Notes: generated by a model not told the origin, from the sequence alone. Numbered from the stretch's first letter, positions 8,897-18,675 are shown. The stretch is DNA of 64,000 bases from Parcubacteria group bacterium LiPW_30 (GCA_007375595.1 VMEP01000001.1:255883-319882), one strand, 5' to 3'. Program-made: numbers and translations.

Positions 8897-9449
8897 AAAC
8901 ATGAAAATAAAAACGACAAAAGAAAAAGAAATAGAAGCCTATAGCAAACTAAAGGAGGAATTTGGCTATAAGAATAAAATGGCTGCACCAAAACTTTCTA
9001 AAGTTGTTATTTCTGTTGGTGTCGGTAATCTTTTGAAAAAAGACAGAACTAAAGGGGATTTCGTAAACGGCAGACTCGGCAAGATAGCTGGACAGAAATC
9101 AGTTGCTCGTGGGGCAAAAAAGGCTATTGCAACCTTTAAATCTAGACAAGGCGACATTATCGGCTACATGGTTACACTTCGTGGAGCACGCATGTACTCT
9201 TTCCTTGAAAAACTTTTCAATGTTGCGCTTCCTCGCACTAAAGACTTTCGTGGTATAAACCGGACCGCTGTTGATGAAATGGGTAATCTTACGATTGGTA
9301 TTAAAGAGCACACAATTTTCCCAGAAACAGCCGATGAAGAACTAAAAGATGTTTTTGGAATGGCTATAACACTTGTTAGTACCGCAAAAAGCAAGAAGGA
9401 AGGAATGGCTTTTTACGAATTACTCGGAACTCCGTTTAAGAGAAAGTAG
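8886..9449 (+). CDS. rplE: 50S ribosomal protein L5
   Basis: L5 core (DFRGI...YSFLEKL...). Confidence 0.95.
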   Translation: MKYKNMKIKTTKEKEIEAYSKLKEEFGYKNKMAAPKLSKVVISVGVGNLLKKDRTKGDFVNGRLGKIAGQKSVARGAKKAIATFKSRQGDIIGYMVTLRGARMYSFLEKLFNVALPRTKDFRGINRTAVDEMGNLTIGIKEHTIFPETADEELKDVFGMAITLVSTAKSKKEGMAFYELLGTPFKRK

Positions 9450-9472
9450 AATATTTTTACCTAAAAACAAAA

Positions 9473-9506
9473 AACCCTCTCTGTTTACAGAGAGGGTTTT
9501 TTGTTG
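9473..9506 (+). terminator. Rho-independent terminator after rplE
   Basis: aaccctctctgtttacagagagggttttttgttg. Confidence 0.65.
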
Positions 9507-9595
9507 ACAGATAAAAGCTAAGGAGTAGTCTTTTAAATAGATGTATGTAGTACGGCGTTTCAATCAAAATCGTTTCTATACAAAAGAGGTGTGCC

Positions 9596-10048
9596 ATGGC
9601 AAAGAAGGTGGTGTCAGAAGGAGTGTTGGCGGCAAGGGCAAATGAGGCCGCCAGGAGAAAGTGCAGAAAGAGCCTGATCGCGTGGAGCGCTCACCCGATT
9701 TCGAAGGAGTCATTCCCCGATGACTTCGCGGATGGGTTTGATTTCGCCGACCGGGCTGGTTCAGGGGCTTTTGAAGCTTTCGCCGGTCGGCTTGAGACGA
9801 ATCTCGCCTCAGCGCCGTGTGCTCAGTGTTCAAAGGATTGTCCCGGTTCACACGGGGAATGTCTCCTCGATGTTGACCCTGGGGCACTTCAGGACCAGGA
9901 AGATCTCGCAGTCGAGGAGGCCGAAATGAGCCCCTTCGTGTTGGCTGCGAGGCGTGCTGGTTTCGACCATGATACCGCCTTGCGCATGGAGGCCGAAATG
10001 GAAATTGAGATGAGTCGTCTTTCTGGGGAAATGGACAGCATCCATTAG
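9596..10048 (+). CDS. Hypothetical acidic protein, GC-rich (~58%) cassette gene inserted between rplE and rpsZ
   Basis: RBS AAGAGG then ATG; own terminator downstream; compositional outlier. Confidence 0.4.
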   Translation: MAKKVVSEGVLAARANEAARRKCRKSLIAWSAHPISKESFPDDFADGFDFADRAGSGAFEAFAGRLETNLASAPCAQCSKDCPGSHGECLLDVDPGALQDQEDLAVEEAEMSPFVLAARRAGFDHDTALRMEAEMEIEMSRLSGEMDSIH

Positions 10049-10093
10049 GCAGACCTCTGTCAAAATTGGTTGTTCGCTCTTCGGAGACGTTTA

Positions 10094-10129
10094 CGCCCCG
10101 ACACGATGTTTGTGTTCGGGGCGTTTTCT
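10094..10129 (+). terminator. Rho-independent terminator
   Basis: cgccccgacacgatgtttgtgttcggggcg followed by ttttct. Confidence 0.6.
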
Positions 10130-10148
10130 ATTGTTAGTTTGTGCCAGT

Positions 10149-10176
10149 TTGACATTAAAGGGCGTTTTGGTAGTAT
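10149..10176 (+). promoter_or_regulatory. sigma70-like promoter (TTGACA - 16 nt - TAGTAT) reading toward rpsZ
   Basis: Hexamers read directly. Confidence 0.45.
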
Positions 10177-10353
10177 ATGCGGGAGCTCATTTGAGCCAGT
10201 TTTTTGGGAAACTATCCGTTCTGATCCGTTTTTCTCCTTTAGGGCTTCGGCATTAAAGAATAAAAACGAGACATCGAAAGGGAAAGTCCCGAATTTAAAT
10301 TATTCCGACGAACGATTAACGTGCTGTCGGAATAAAAAGAAAACTTTTTATTT

Positions 10354-10539
10354 ATGGCAAAAACATCAACTAGAGTTCGCGCGTTAAAGACGCCAAAATT
10401 CAGCACACGAAAAGTAAATCGTTGTTTTCGTTGTGGACGTAAGCGTGCTTTCATGCGTGATTTCGGTCTTTGTCGTATTTGTTTCCGTGAATTAGCCAAC
10501 GATGGAAAATTGCCTGGCATTAAGAAATCATCCTGGTAA
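10354..10539 (+). CDS. rpsZ: 30S ribosomal protein S14 type Z (zinc-binding, 61 aa)
   Basis: CFRCGR...CRIC zinc ribbon, typical short S14. Confidence 0.9.
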   Translation: MAKTSTRVRALKTPKFSTRKVNRCFRCGRKRAFMRDFGLCRICFRELANDGKLPGIKKSSW

Positions 10540-10547
10540 AAAATATT

Positions 10548-10943
10548 ATGACCACTGACCCTATTGCAGACATGTTAATTCGTATAAAGAATGGTAGTAA
10601 AGCCAAAAAGGAAACGGTGCTTATTCCTTATTCACAGTTACGGTTTTCTATCGCTCAAATCCTACTTCGTGAAGGATATCTTTCATCTGTTACAAAGAGA
10701 CTACGAAAGGCATCTCGATTACTTGAGGTTGGTTTGATTTATGATGGAAACGGAACACCAAAAGTCACAGACGTAGAGCGTGTTTCGAAATCATCAAAGC
10801 GTATTTATGCCGGCGTTCGTGATGTTCGTCCCGTTAAATACGGTTACGGTATTATGGTTCTTTCAACTCCAAAAGGTCTTTTGACTGGAGATGAGGCGCG
10901 AAAAGAACATGTCGGAGGAGAAGTAATGTTTAAAATCTGGTAA
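10548..10943 (+). CDS. rpsH: 30S ribosomal protein S8
   Basis: MTTDPIADMLIRIKN. Confidence 0.95.
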   Translation: MTTDPIADMLIRIKNGSKAKKETVLIPYSQLRFSIAQILLREGYLSSVTKRLRKASRLLEVGLIYDGNGTPKVTDVERVSKSSKRIYAGVRDVRPVKYGYGIMVLSTPKGLLTGDEARKEHVGGEVMFKIW

Positions 10944-10947
10944 TTAT

Positions 10948-11481
10948 ATGAGCAGACTAGGAAAACAAATTATCGCAATTCCCGAAAAAACCACAATTAC
11001 AATGGAGGGTAATATTGTTACGGTTAAGGGACCGTTGGGAGAAATCTCGCGCGTTTTCCGTGATAGCGAAATTACAATAAACATTGCCGACACAGTTACT
11101 TTGGTTCCAAAAAGAAATGACGTTTTCTCCCGCGCTCTTTGGGGAACCTATGCATCGCACATAAAAAACATGCTTGCTGGCGTTAATAAGGCCTACGAAA
11201 AAAAGCTTATTCTTGAAGGAGTTGGTTTTAAATCAGAAGTTGTCGGGACATCACTTAATCTTGCTCTTGGTTTTTCACATCCAGTAAAAATGGCAATTCC
11301 AGAAGGTCTTACTGTTAAGGCGGAGAAAAACGTTATTACAATTTCTGGTATTGATAAGGAAAAGGTCGGACAGTTTGCTTCACAAGTTCGTAGTATGAAA
11401 AAACCAGAACCATATAAGGGTAAAGGATTCCGTTACGAAGGTGAAGTTATTCGCAGAAAACAAGGGAAGAAGTCCGCATAA
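10948..11481 (+). CDS. rplF: 50S ribosomal protein L6
   Basis: SRLGK.PI.IP two-domain L6. Confidence 0.95.
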   Translation: MSRLGKQIIAIPEKTTITMEGNIVTVKGPLGEISRVFRDSEITINIADTVTLVPKRNDVFSRALWGTYASHIKNMLAGVNKAYEKKLILEGVGFKSEVVGTSLNLALGFSHPVKMAIPEGLTVKAEKNVITISGIDKEKVGQFASQVRSMKKPEPYKGKGFRYEGEVIRRKQGKKSA

Positions 11482-11490
11482 TATAAATAT

Positions 11491-11841
11491 ATGAAAACAG
11501 GTAATTCAAAAACTGAACTTCGAGCAAGGCGACACAAAAAGATTCGCTCACAGGTTTCTGGAACAGCAGAGCGCCCTCGTCTTGCTGTGTATAAATCAAA
11601 CCGTTATCTTTATGCGCAAGTAATAGACGATGTTCTAGGCAAGACACTTGCTCAAGCATCAGACATGACCCTTAAAGGAAAAACAAAGACCGACAAAGCA
11701 AAACAGGTTGGTGTTGAAATTGCGAAGAATGCACTTTCAAAAAAAATCAGCAAGGTCGTTTTTGATCGAGGTGGTTTTAATTATACGGGGCGAATTAAAG
11801 CATTGGCCGAAGCAGCCCGTGAAGGTGGCCTTCAATTTTAA
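11491..11841 (+). CDS. rplR: 50S ribosomal protein L18
   Basis: [18 protein letters not shown]. Confidence 0.9.
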   Translation: MKTGNSKTELRARRHKKIRSQVSGTAERPRLAVYKSNRYLYAQVIDDVLGKTLAQASDMTLKGKTKTDKAKQVGVEIAKNALSKKISKVVFDRGGFNYTGRIKALAEAAREGGLQF

Positions 11842-11852
11842 TTTTTAAATAT

Positions 11853-12518
11853 ATGACGAAAGAAGAAATAATAAAAGAAGAAATTGTAAACGCTGATGTT
11901 CCAGCTGTTTCTTCTCCTGTCACAGAGATAGCTATTCCTGTGGAAGCTCAAAAGCCAAAGAATGATTTTTCTCCGCGCCGAGACGCCGGAAAGAAAAAAG
12001 GTGGTGGTTCACGCCCTTTTAGAAAAGGGTTTGAAAGAGTTAAACCTGAATTTGATCACAAGATAATAAATATTCGTCGTGTTGCCCGCGTTGTTGCCGG
12101 GGGACGTCGCTTTAGTTTTAGTGTTGTGTTGGTCGCAGGCGACCGAAAGGGAACTGTTGGAGTTGGAATGGGTAAGGCCGGAGACACAGCGCTTGCAATA
12201 GAAAAGGCAATGCGTTCGGCTAAGAAAAACATGTTCAAAGTTTCTTTGAATAAGAAAATGTCTATTCCTCACGACGTGGAAGCAAAATACTCAAGCGGAA
12301 CAGTGATGTTAATGCCCAACAAATCACGCGGACTTATCGCGGGTAGTGCGGTTCGTATTGTTGCTGATTTAGCTGGAGTGAAAGACATTACTGGAAAAGT
12401 TTTTTCTGGAAGTAAGAACTCTCTTAACATCGCAATGGCAACAGTTAAAGCATTAAAGATGTTGAAGCCGGCTAAGGTTAATGCCGTGGTCGCAACAGAA
12501 GATAAGGTTAGTAAATAA
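11853..12518 (+). CDS. rpsE: 30S ribosomal protein S5 with N-terminal extension
   Basis: S5 core (INIRRVARVVAGGRRFSFSVVLV...). Confidence 0.9.
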   Translation: MTKEEIIKEEIVNADVPAVSSPVTEIAIPVEAQKPKNDFSPRRDAGKKKGGGSRPFRKGFERVKPEFDHKIINIRRVARVVAGGRRFSFSVVLVAGDRKGTVGVGMGKAGDTALAIEKAMRSAKKNMFKVSLNKKMSIPHDVEAKYSSGTVMLMPNKSRGLIAGSAVRIVADLAGVKDITGKVFSGSKNSLNIAMATVKALKMLKPAKVNAVVATEDKVSK

Positions 12519-12523
12519 ATACC

Positions 12524-12973
12524 ATGCAAACTCATAACGTAAAAAGGAATACTAAAAATAGAAAAAACCCAGCTGTTGGGCGTGGTGGAAAGCGTGGTAA
12601 AACTTCTGGTCGTGGTACCAAAGGACAGAAAGCTCGCGCTGGTAACAAGAGACGCCCACAAATGCGCGATACCATCAAGAAGTTACCAAAACGCCGTGGT
12701 CATGGTATGAACCGTGCTCGCACAGTTAACTCAAGTATTGTTACTACTGCTGTTGTAAATATTGATCTTCTTGAAAAAGTATTTCCAGCTGGTTCTGTTA
12801 TAACACCAGAAGTTCTCGCAGAAAATAAACTAATCAGAAAGGTTTCTGGTAAATTCCCTCCAATCAAGATTTTGGCTAGAGGAACACTCAATAAAAATTT
12901 TACCTTCAAAGGATGTTCAATGTCTGTGAAGGCGAAAGAAATAGTTGAGTCGGTTGGTGGAAAGGTTGAATAA
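12524..12973 (+). CDS. rplO: 50S ribosomal protein L15; no L30 gene lies between rpsE and this gene
   Basis: GRGGKRGKTSGRGTKGQ motif; only a 5-nt gap to rpsE. Confidence 0.9.
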   Translation: MQTHNVKRNTKNRKNPAVGRGGKRGKTSGRGTKGQKARAGNKRRPQMRDTIKKLPKRRGHGMNRARTVNSSIVTTAVVNIDLLEKVFPAGSVITPEVLAENKLIRKVSGKFPPIKILARGTLNKNFTFKGCSMSVKAKEIVESVGGKVE

Positions 12974-12983
12974 TAAAAATTTT

Positions 12984-14255
12984 ATGGACGCATTTATAAA
13001 CAAGCTCAAAATCATAATCGGCGACAGAGCTCTTTTAAAGCGCATCCTTTTTGTTATTTTCATGCTTTTTGTTTTCCGTGCTTTAGCGGCTATTCCAATC
13101 CCAGGTGTTGACCCACTTCGCTTGTCTCAGTTTTTGAGTGGCAATCAATTTTTAGGTTTACTTAACATCTTTTCTGGCGGTGGTTTGGCGACCTTGTCGA
13201 TAGTGATGCTTGGAGTTGGACCTTACATCACAGCCTCTATTATCATGCAGCTTTTGACGATAATGGTACCTAGTTTAAAACAGATGTACCACGAAGAGGG
13301 GGATTTGGGTCGTAGAAAATTTACCCAGTATTCACGCCTCATTACATTACCACTCGCTCTTATTCAGGGATTTAGTTTGCTTGTTTTGCTTGAGCGACAA
13401 GGAATCATTGAACACCTCACTCTTTTTAGTAAAGTAACAAATCTTATTGTTATTACAGGTGGTACCGTTTTGTTGATGTGGCTCGGAGAATTGATTTCAC
13501 AATATGGAATTGGCAATGGAGTTTCCCTTATTATTTTTGCCGGCATTGTCTCGAGCCTTCCTTCGAGCGTTGGGCAGTTGCTATTCACGTTTGATGTTTC
13601 TCAGATTCCACTATATCTAGCCTTTTTGGTTGCTGGCTTATTGATTGTTGCCGGCGTTGTCTTTGTTACAGAAGCCGAACGACCGTTGCCGGTGACATAC
13701 GCTAAGCGTGTTCGTGGAAGTAAGATGTTTGGTGGGGTTTCAACTTATCTACCATTACGTATTAATCAGGCTGGTGTTATTCCAATAATTTTTGCCCTCT
13801 CAATCCTTCTCTTTCCTCAAATGATTGGCGCCTTTTTGGCAACATTTAGTAATAGTATATTGCAGACTATTTCTTCATTCCTTATTTCTTTCTCTCAAAA
13901 TACTTGGGTTTATGGGATTTTCTATTTCGTTCTTGTTTTCTTATTTACTTATTTTTACACCGCGGTTACTTTTGACCCAGATTCAATCGCAACTAATCTA
14001 CAGAAAAATGGAGCATTTATTCCAGGTGTTCGCCCAGGGCAATCAACCTCTGAATATATCGCTAAGATTTTAAATCGTATTACTCTCTTTGGCGCATTAT
14101 TCCTTGGCGCTATCGCCGTTTTGCCTCTAATAATGCAAGGGTTAACTGGTATTGCAACGCTTGCAATCGGGGGAACAGCTTTGCTTATCGTTGTTTCAGT
14201 TGTTCTTGATCTCGTTAAAAAGGTTGACGCTCAGGTTTCAATGAGGGAATACTAG
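12984..14255 (+). CDS. secY: Preprotein translocase SecY
   Basis: 10-TM profile, SecY motifs; start set at ATG after rplO stop. Confidence 0.9.
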   Translation: MDAFINKLKIIIGDRALLKRILFVIFMLFVFRALAAIPIPGVDPLRLSQFLSGNQFLGLLNIFSGGGLATLSIVMLGVGPYITASIIMQLLTIMVPSLKQMYHEEGDLGRRKFTQYSRLITLPLALIQGFSLLVLLERQGIIEHLTLFSKVTNLIVITGGTVLLMWLGELISQYGIGNGVSLIIFAGIVSSLPSSVGQLLFTFDVSQIPLYLAFLVAGLLIVAGVVFVTEAERPLPVTYAKRVRGSKMFGGVSTYLPLRINQAGVIPIIFALSILLFPQMIGAFLATFSNSILQTISSFLISFSQNTWVYGIFYFVLVFLFTYFYTAVTFDPDSIATNLQKNGAFIPGVRPGQSTSEYIAKILNRITLFGALFLGAIAVLPLIMQGLTGIATLAIGGTALLIVVSVVLDLVKKVDAQVSMREY

Positions 14256-14411
14256 GAAGAAGTCATTAGCTTTCAGGTATCAGCTTCGTTAGAAAAGTTC
14301 TTAACTCGATGATTTTTCTAATAAGCTAAAAACTAACGCAGCTATCCCGCCGTTCAATTGTTTGATAGGATTTTAAGAAGCTAACAACTAACAGACTAAA
14401 AGCCAATTAAC

Positions 14412-15011
14412 ATGGATTTACAAACTTTTATTTTTATCGGACGCTCTGGGTGTGGCAAAGGAACACAGGCTGAATTGTTAAAAAAATACGTAGAAGAACA
14501 TGATACTGAAAAGAGATCGATTTATTACCTTGAAACCGGTGAGCGCTTCAGAAATTTTCTCTCCAAGGATGGTTATTCTAATAAACTAGCGCGTGAAATA
14601 GCAGAGAATTCAGAACTTCAGCCTTCGTTTTTAGCTGTTTCCATGTGGTCAAGTAGTTTTATAGAAAATTTAAACGGAGAAGAGCATGTTTTTATTGATG
14701 GCACTCCAAGAACGTTACCAGAGACATATATATTAGAGACTGCTTTAAACTTCTATAAAAGAGGACGAGCAAAAGTTATTTATATAAATGTTTCTCGAGA
14801 GGAATCAGAAAAAAGATTGCTCGCTCGTGGTAGGAAAGACGATAAGAAAATTGGAGATATAGAAAAAAGATTAAATTGGTTTGATAATGACGTCGTTCCG
14901 GCGGTTATGTATTTAAGTCAAAGTAAGAATCATGATTTTTACGATATAGATGGAGAGCAGTCTATTGAAGATGTGCACAAAGAGCTTATTTCTAAGGTAT
15001 TTTCTGGTTAA
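14412..15011 (+). CDS. adk: Adenylate kinase-like nucleoside monophosphate kinase
   Basis: P-loop GRSGCGKGTQAELL; operon position after secY. Confidence 0.7.
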   Translation: MDLQTFIFIGRSGCGKGTQAELLKKYVEEHDTEKRSIYYLETGERFRNFLSKDGYSNKLAREIAENSELQPSFLAVSMWSSSFIENLNGEEHVFIDGTPRTLPETYILETALNFYKRGRAKVIYINVSREESEKRLLARGRKDDKKIGDIEKRLNWFDNDVVPAVMYLSQSKNHDFYDIDGEQSIEDVHKELISKVFSG

Positions 15012-15020
15012 CTAAATTTA

Positions 15021-15062
15021 TTTCCTACAATTATAACGCTATAGCGTTATAATTGTAGGAAA
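15021..15062. repeat. Perfect 42-bp palindrome centred on GCTATAGC
   Basis: tttcctacaattataacgc TATA gcgttataattgtaggaaa; no flanking U-tract. Confidence 0.8.
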
Positions 15063-15079
15063 TAAAAAAAACAAAAACA

Positions 15080-15850
15080 ATGGCAACAATACTAACAACT
15101 GAAGAAGAATATGAGATTGTCCGCGAAGGGGGGAAGCGTCTTGGCTTGATACTTCAGGTTTTGGCATCTTCTGCAAAACCAGGTGTTACGACAATGGAAC
15201 TTGACCAAATTGCACACAAATTAATTACCAAAGAAGGTGATAAACCAGCTTTTCTTGGTTATACCCCCGATGGGTCCGATAGACCATACCCAGCGACTCT
15301 CTGTATTTCTGTAAATAGCGAAGTGGTACACGGAATTCCCAAAGATAGAGTTTTAAGAGATGGAGACATTGTTGGTCTTGATTTAGGTCTTTCACACAGA
15401 GGTCTTTATGTTGATAGCGCTATAACGGTTCCAGTTGGAGAGATAGACGATGTTGCAAAAAGACTTATCGAAACCACAAGAGAGGCGCTTTCTCGTGGAA
15501 TGAATGTTGTTAAAGTAGGGGCAAGGATTGGAGATATTGGCGAAGCGATTGAAAGATATGTTAAGACAGAAGGTTTTGCTATCGTTAAAATTTTAGGAGG
15601 GCACGCTCTTGGCGTACACCCACACGAAGAGCCATACATACCAAATTATGGTAAACGCGGCACTGGGCCAATTCTTAAAGAAGGAATGCTTATTGCGCTT
15701 GAACCAATCGTTAATGAAGGATCTCCGAAAGTAACCCTAGATGAAAAAGATGGATATACCTTCCATACAGAAGATGGCAAACGCTCCGCACACTTTGAAC
15801 ATACTCTACTCATAACAAAAGATGGCGCAGAAATAATAACTCTCGTTTAA
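15080..15850 (+). CDS. map: Methionine aminopeptidase type I
   Basis: Pita-bread fold metal ligands (D..D..H..E..E) in conserved context. Confidence 0.9.
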   Translation: MATILTTEEEYEIVREGGKRLGLILQVLASSAKPGVTTMELDQIAHKLITKEGDKPAFLGYTPDGSDRPYPATLCISVNSEVVHGIPKDRVLRDGDIVGLDLGLSHRGLYVDSAITVPVGEIDDVAKRLIETTREALSRGMNVVKVGARIGDIGEAIERYVKTEGFAIVKILGGHALGVHPHEEPYIPNYGKRGTGPILKEGMLIALEPIVNEGSPKVTLDEKDGYTFHTEDGKRSAHFEHTLLITKDGAEIITLV

Positions 15851-15924
15851 GGGCGAGGTTTCCTTGTTTAAAATTTTTTCTAATATCTTCCAACTTTCTC
15901 GTATCCGCGGTATCATAAAACTTA

Positions 15925-18675
15925 ATGGTTTTAAACTTTAACGGAGAAAGTCATGAAAAATTTGTAAATCCCGAAGAGGAGATTAATTTTTTGCGTGAAC
16001 GTCTTGCAGAAAAGGAAAAAGAAGCCTCGTTTGGTAAAGAATCGGCGCCAGTTAATCATGAAAAAGAGGTTATTAGGGAATATTCGGAAAAGCCAGCTCG
16101 GGAAATTTTGCATCACGAAAAGGTGCTGGGGGAACAAGAGGTAGAGCGTATCGTTCTTGATTTGAAGCCAGAAGAGCACGATAAACAAATGGAGGAGCTT
16201 CTAGGACTTCTTATTGAAAAAGGTGCTCGTAACACTATTTCAGTTGTGGAGAAGATGGATAATCCCCACATAACTGACGACTTTCACAGAATACTTGTTC
16301 AATATGTTAAAAGCGTAGGAAAAGTTCCAGACTTAGAAAAAGATAAACAAGTTTGGAAGGCGGTACATATGCGTCTTTATGAAATCCTTCTTCCAGAAGG
16401 AGACGCAGAAAAGCAGGCAAAAAGCTTTAAAGAAATTGTTACGATAATGGAACAGTTTTACGCTGGGATGCTTTCTGTTTCCGATGGTCGAGATAATTTT
16501 CCAGGGAAGAATTATTTTACGCTTGAGATAGCTTTGTCTAATCAAAGCAGTGAAATAGTTTTTTACGCTTCTGTTCCTGATGATAAGAGTGGTTTGTTGG
16601 AAAAACAGTTACTCGGTTTATATAAAGACGCTCGAATTAGGGAGGTAAAGGATGATTATAATATTTTTAACGAAAAGGGAGCATCTTTGGGCGCCTACGG
16701 AGCTTTCACAAAAAGTCAGGTCTATCCAATAAAAACATATGCAGATTTTGAACATGATCCACTTCCGGTAATTCTTAACGTTTTTTCTAAACTTAAAAAT
16801 AAAGGAGAGGGGGCGGCAATTCAATTTTCAGTTTCTCCTGTTGGTGATTATTTCTTGAAAAGATACGGAAGAGTGCTTGACGATTTAAAACGAGGAGTGC
16901 CAAAAGATGAAGCAACAAATATTTCGCCAACTGTCGGACAAGAGGTGGGGAGGTTTGCCAAGGAACTCATTATGGGTGTTTCTGTGCCTAAAAAAATTGA
17001 TGGGAAAGAGGTTATTGATGAAGACGCGGTAAAATATGTTTCGGAAAAAATTAGTAGCACTATTGTTAATACAAACATTCGAGTAATTGCTTCCGCAGAG
17101 ACAACCTTGCGCGCTGAAGAAATTTTAGGTGAACTACAATCGGCTTTTAATCAATTCACAGATACTAAAGGAAATGGTGTTGAGTTTAAGTCGTTAAAAC
17201 GCCACGACCTGTTGAAGCTTTTTCAAGAATTTTCTTATAGGCTATTTTCTCAAGATCATTCTTTGCCGCTCAACCTAAAAGAACTTACCACAATGTTCCA
17301 TTTTCCAGAGCAGGTTTCGTCGGCGCCACAACTAAAACAAGCCCGTTCCACGACAGCGCCTGCACCGCTTGATGCTCCAACCTACGGGACACTTCTTGGA
17401 ATAAATAAACACCGTGGAGAAAATAAGGAAATTTTTATTACCGACGAAGATCGAATGCGTCACTTTTATGTTGTCGGACAAACAGGCACTGGTAAGACCG
17501 CAATCATGAAGAACATGATTATTCAGAATATTAAAGCTGGGCACGGGGTGTGCATGATAGACCCACACGGAACCGATATTGAGGATATTTTAGGAAATAT
17601 TCCACCTGAGAGAGAAAAAGACGTTATTTATTTTGACCCAGCTTACACAGAAAGAGTGATGGGTTTGAACATGCTGGAGTATGACCAAACTCGACCAGAG
17701 CGGAAAACTTTCGTGGTTAACGAGTTGATTTCGATTTTTAATAAATTATTTGATATGAAAGTTGCTGGCGGACCAGCATTTGAACAGTACTTCAGAAACT
17801 CTGCTCTTTTGGTTATGGAACACCCAGAATCTGGCAGCACTCTTCTTGAAATTGTGCGTGTTTTGGCTGACAAATCTTTTCGTGACATGAAATTGTCTTA
17901 TTGTAAGAATCCAGTGATTACGCAGTTTTGGCAAAACGCGATTAAGACAAGCGGGGAGCAGTCGCTCGCCAACTTTGTCCCTTATATCTCAAGCAAATTT
18001 GATCCATTTTTATCAAACGATATTATGCGTCCAGTTATTGCTCAAGAAAAATCATCATTTAATTTTAGGCAAATAATGGATGAGAAAAAAATACTCTTGG
18101 TTAATTTGTCTAAAGGGAGGTTGGGAGATTTAAACGCCAATTTAATAGGGCTTATCTTGGTTGGCAAGATTCTTATTGCCGCGCTTTCTCGTGTTGATAT
18201 TGTTGGCGGAAAACCTGCTGATTTTTATTTATACATTGATGAGTTCCAAAATATAACCACTGACTCAATTTCCACAATCCTTTCAGAAGCGCGAAAATAC
18301 AGATTATCTCTAAATGTTGCCCATCAATTTATTAAACAACTTGATGAAAAAACAAAGAACGCTATTTTCGGCAACGTTGGTTCAATGGCGGTGTTTCGTG
18401 TTGGTAGTGAGGATGCAGAATTTTTAGAGAAACAACTTGCGCCAGTTTTTTCTGCAAGAGATATTATGAATTTGGACAATTATAACGCTTACGTGAAAAT
18501 GCTTATGAATGGTCAACCAGCCAGAGCTTTTAACATTGAAACGATTTCGCCAAGGAAGGGGGACGTAAATACCGCTACAAGAATTAAAGAGGCGTCTTAC
18601 CAAAAATACGGAACCCCCCGTGTAGAAATTGAGGAGCATATCGCTCAAAAGTATCGCCAAACAGGAACAGTTTAG
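15925..18675 (+). CDS. Large soluble P-loop ATPase: C-terminal VirD4/TraD/TrwB-like (type IV coupling protein family) domain with an uncharacterised ~480-aa N-terminal region
   Basis: Walker A GQTGTGKT, Walker B LYIDEF, downstream RKYR...NVAHQFIKQL resembling the T4CP R..QS..QL motif; no TM segments. Confidence 0.5.
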   Translation: MVLNFNGESHEKFVNPEEEINFLRERLAEKEKEASFGKESAPVNHEKEVIREYSEKPAREILHHEKVLGEQEVERIVLDLKPEEHDKQMEELLGLLIEKGARNTISVVEKMDNPHITDDFHRILVQYVKSVGKVPDLEKDKQVWKAVHMRLYEILLPEGDAEKQAKSFKEIVTIMEQFYAGMLSVSDGRDNFPGKNYFTLEIALSNQSSEIVFYASVPDDKSGLLEKQLLGLYKDARIREVKDDYNIFNEKGASLGAYGAFTKSQVYPIKTYADFEHDPLPVILNVFSKLKNKGEGAAIQFSVSPVGDYFLKRYGRVLDDLKRGVPKDEATNISPTVGQEVGRFAKELIMGVSVPKKIDGKEVIDEDAVKYVSEKISSTIVNTNIRVIASAETTLRAEEILGELQSAFNQFTDTKGNGVEFKSLKRHDLLKLFQEFSYRLFSQDHSLPLNLKELTTMFHFPEQVSSAPQLKQARSTTAPAPLDAPTYGTLLGINKHRGENKEIFITDEDRMRHFYVVGQTGTGKTAIMKNMIIQNIKAGHGVCMIDPHGTDIEDILGNIPPEREKDVIYFDPAYTERVMGLNMLEYDQTRPERKTFVVNELISIFNKLFDMKVAGGPAFEQYFRNSALLVMEHPESGSTLLEIVRVLADKSFRDMKLSYCKNPVITQFWQNAIKTSGEQSLANFVPYISSKFDPFLSNDIMRPVIAQEKSSFNFRQIMDEKKILLVNLSKGRLGDLNANLIGLILVGKILIAALSRVDIVGGKPADFYLYIDEFQNITTDSISTILSEARKYRLSLNVAHQFIKQLDEKTKNAIFGNVGSMAVFRVGSEDAEFLEKQLAPVFSARDIMNLDNYNAYVKMLMNGQPARAFNIETISPRKGDVNTATRIKEASYQKYGTPRVEIEEHIAQKYRQTGTV

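Noticed and set aside
10070-10387. ORF 10070..10387(+)
   Set aside because: It spans a terminator hairpin and the TTGACA/TAGTAT promoter and runs into the rpsZ start. It is more likely a non-coding leader.
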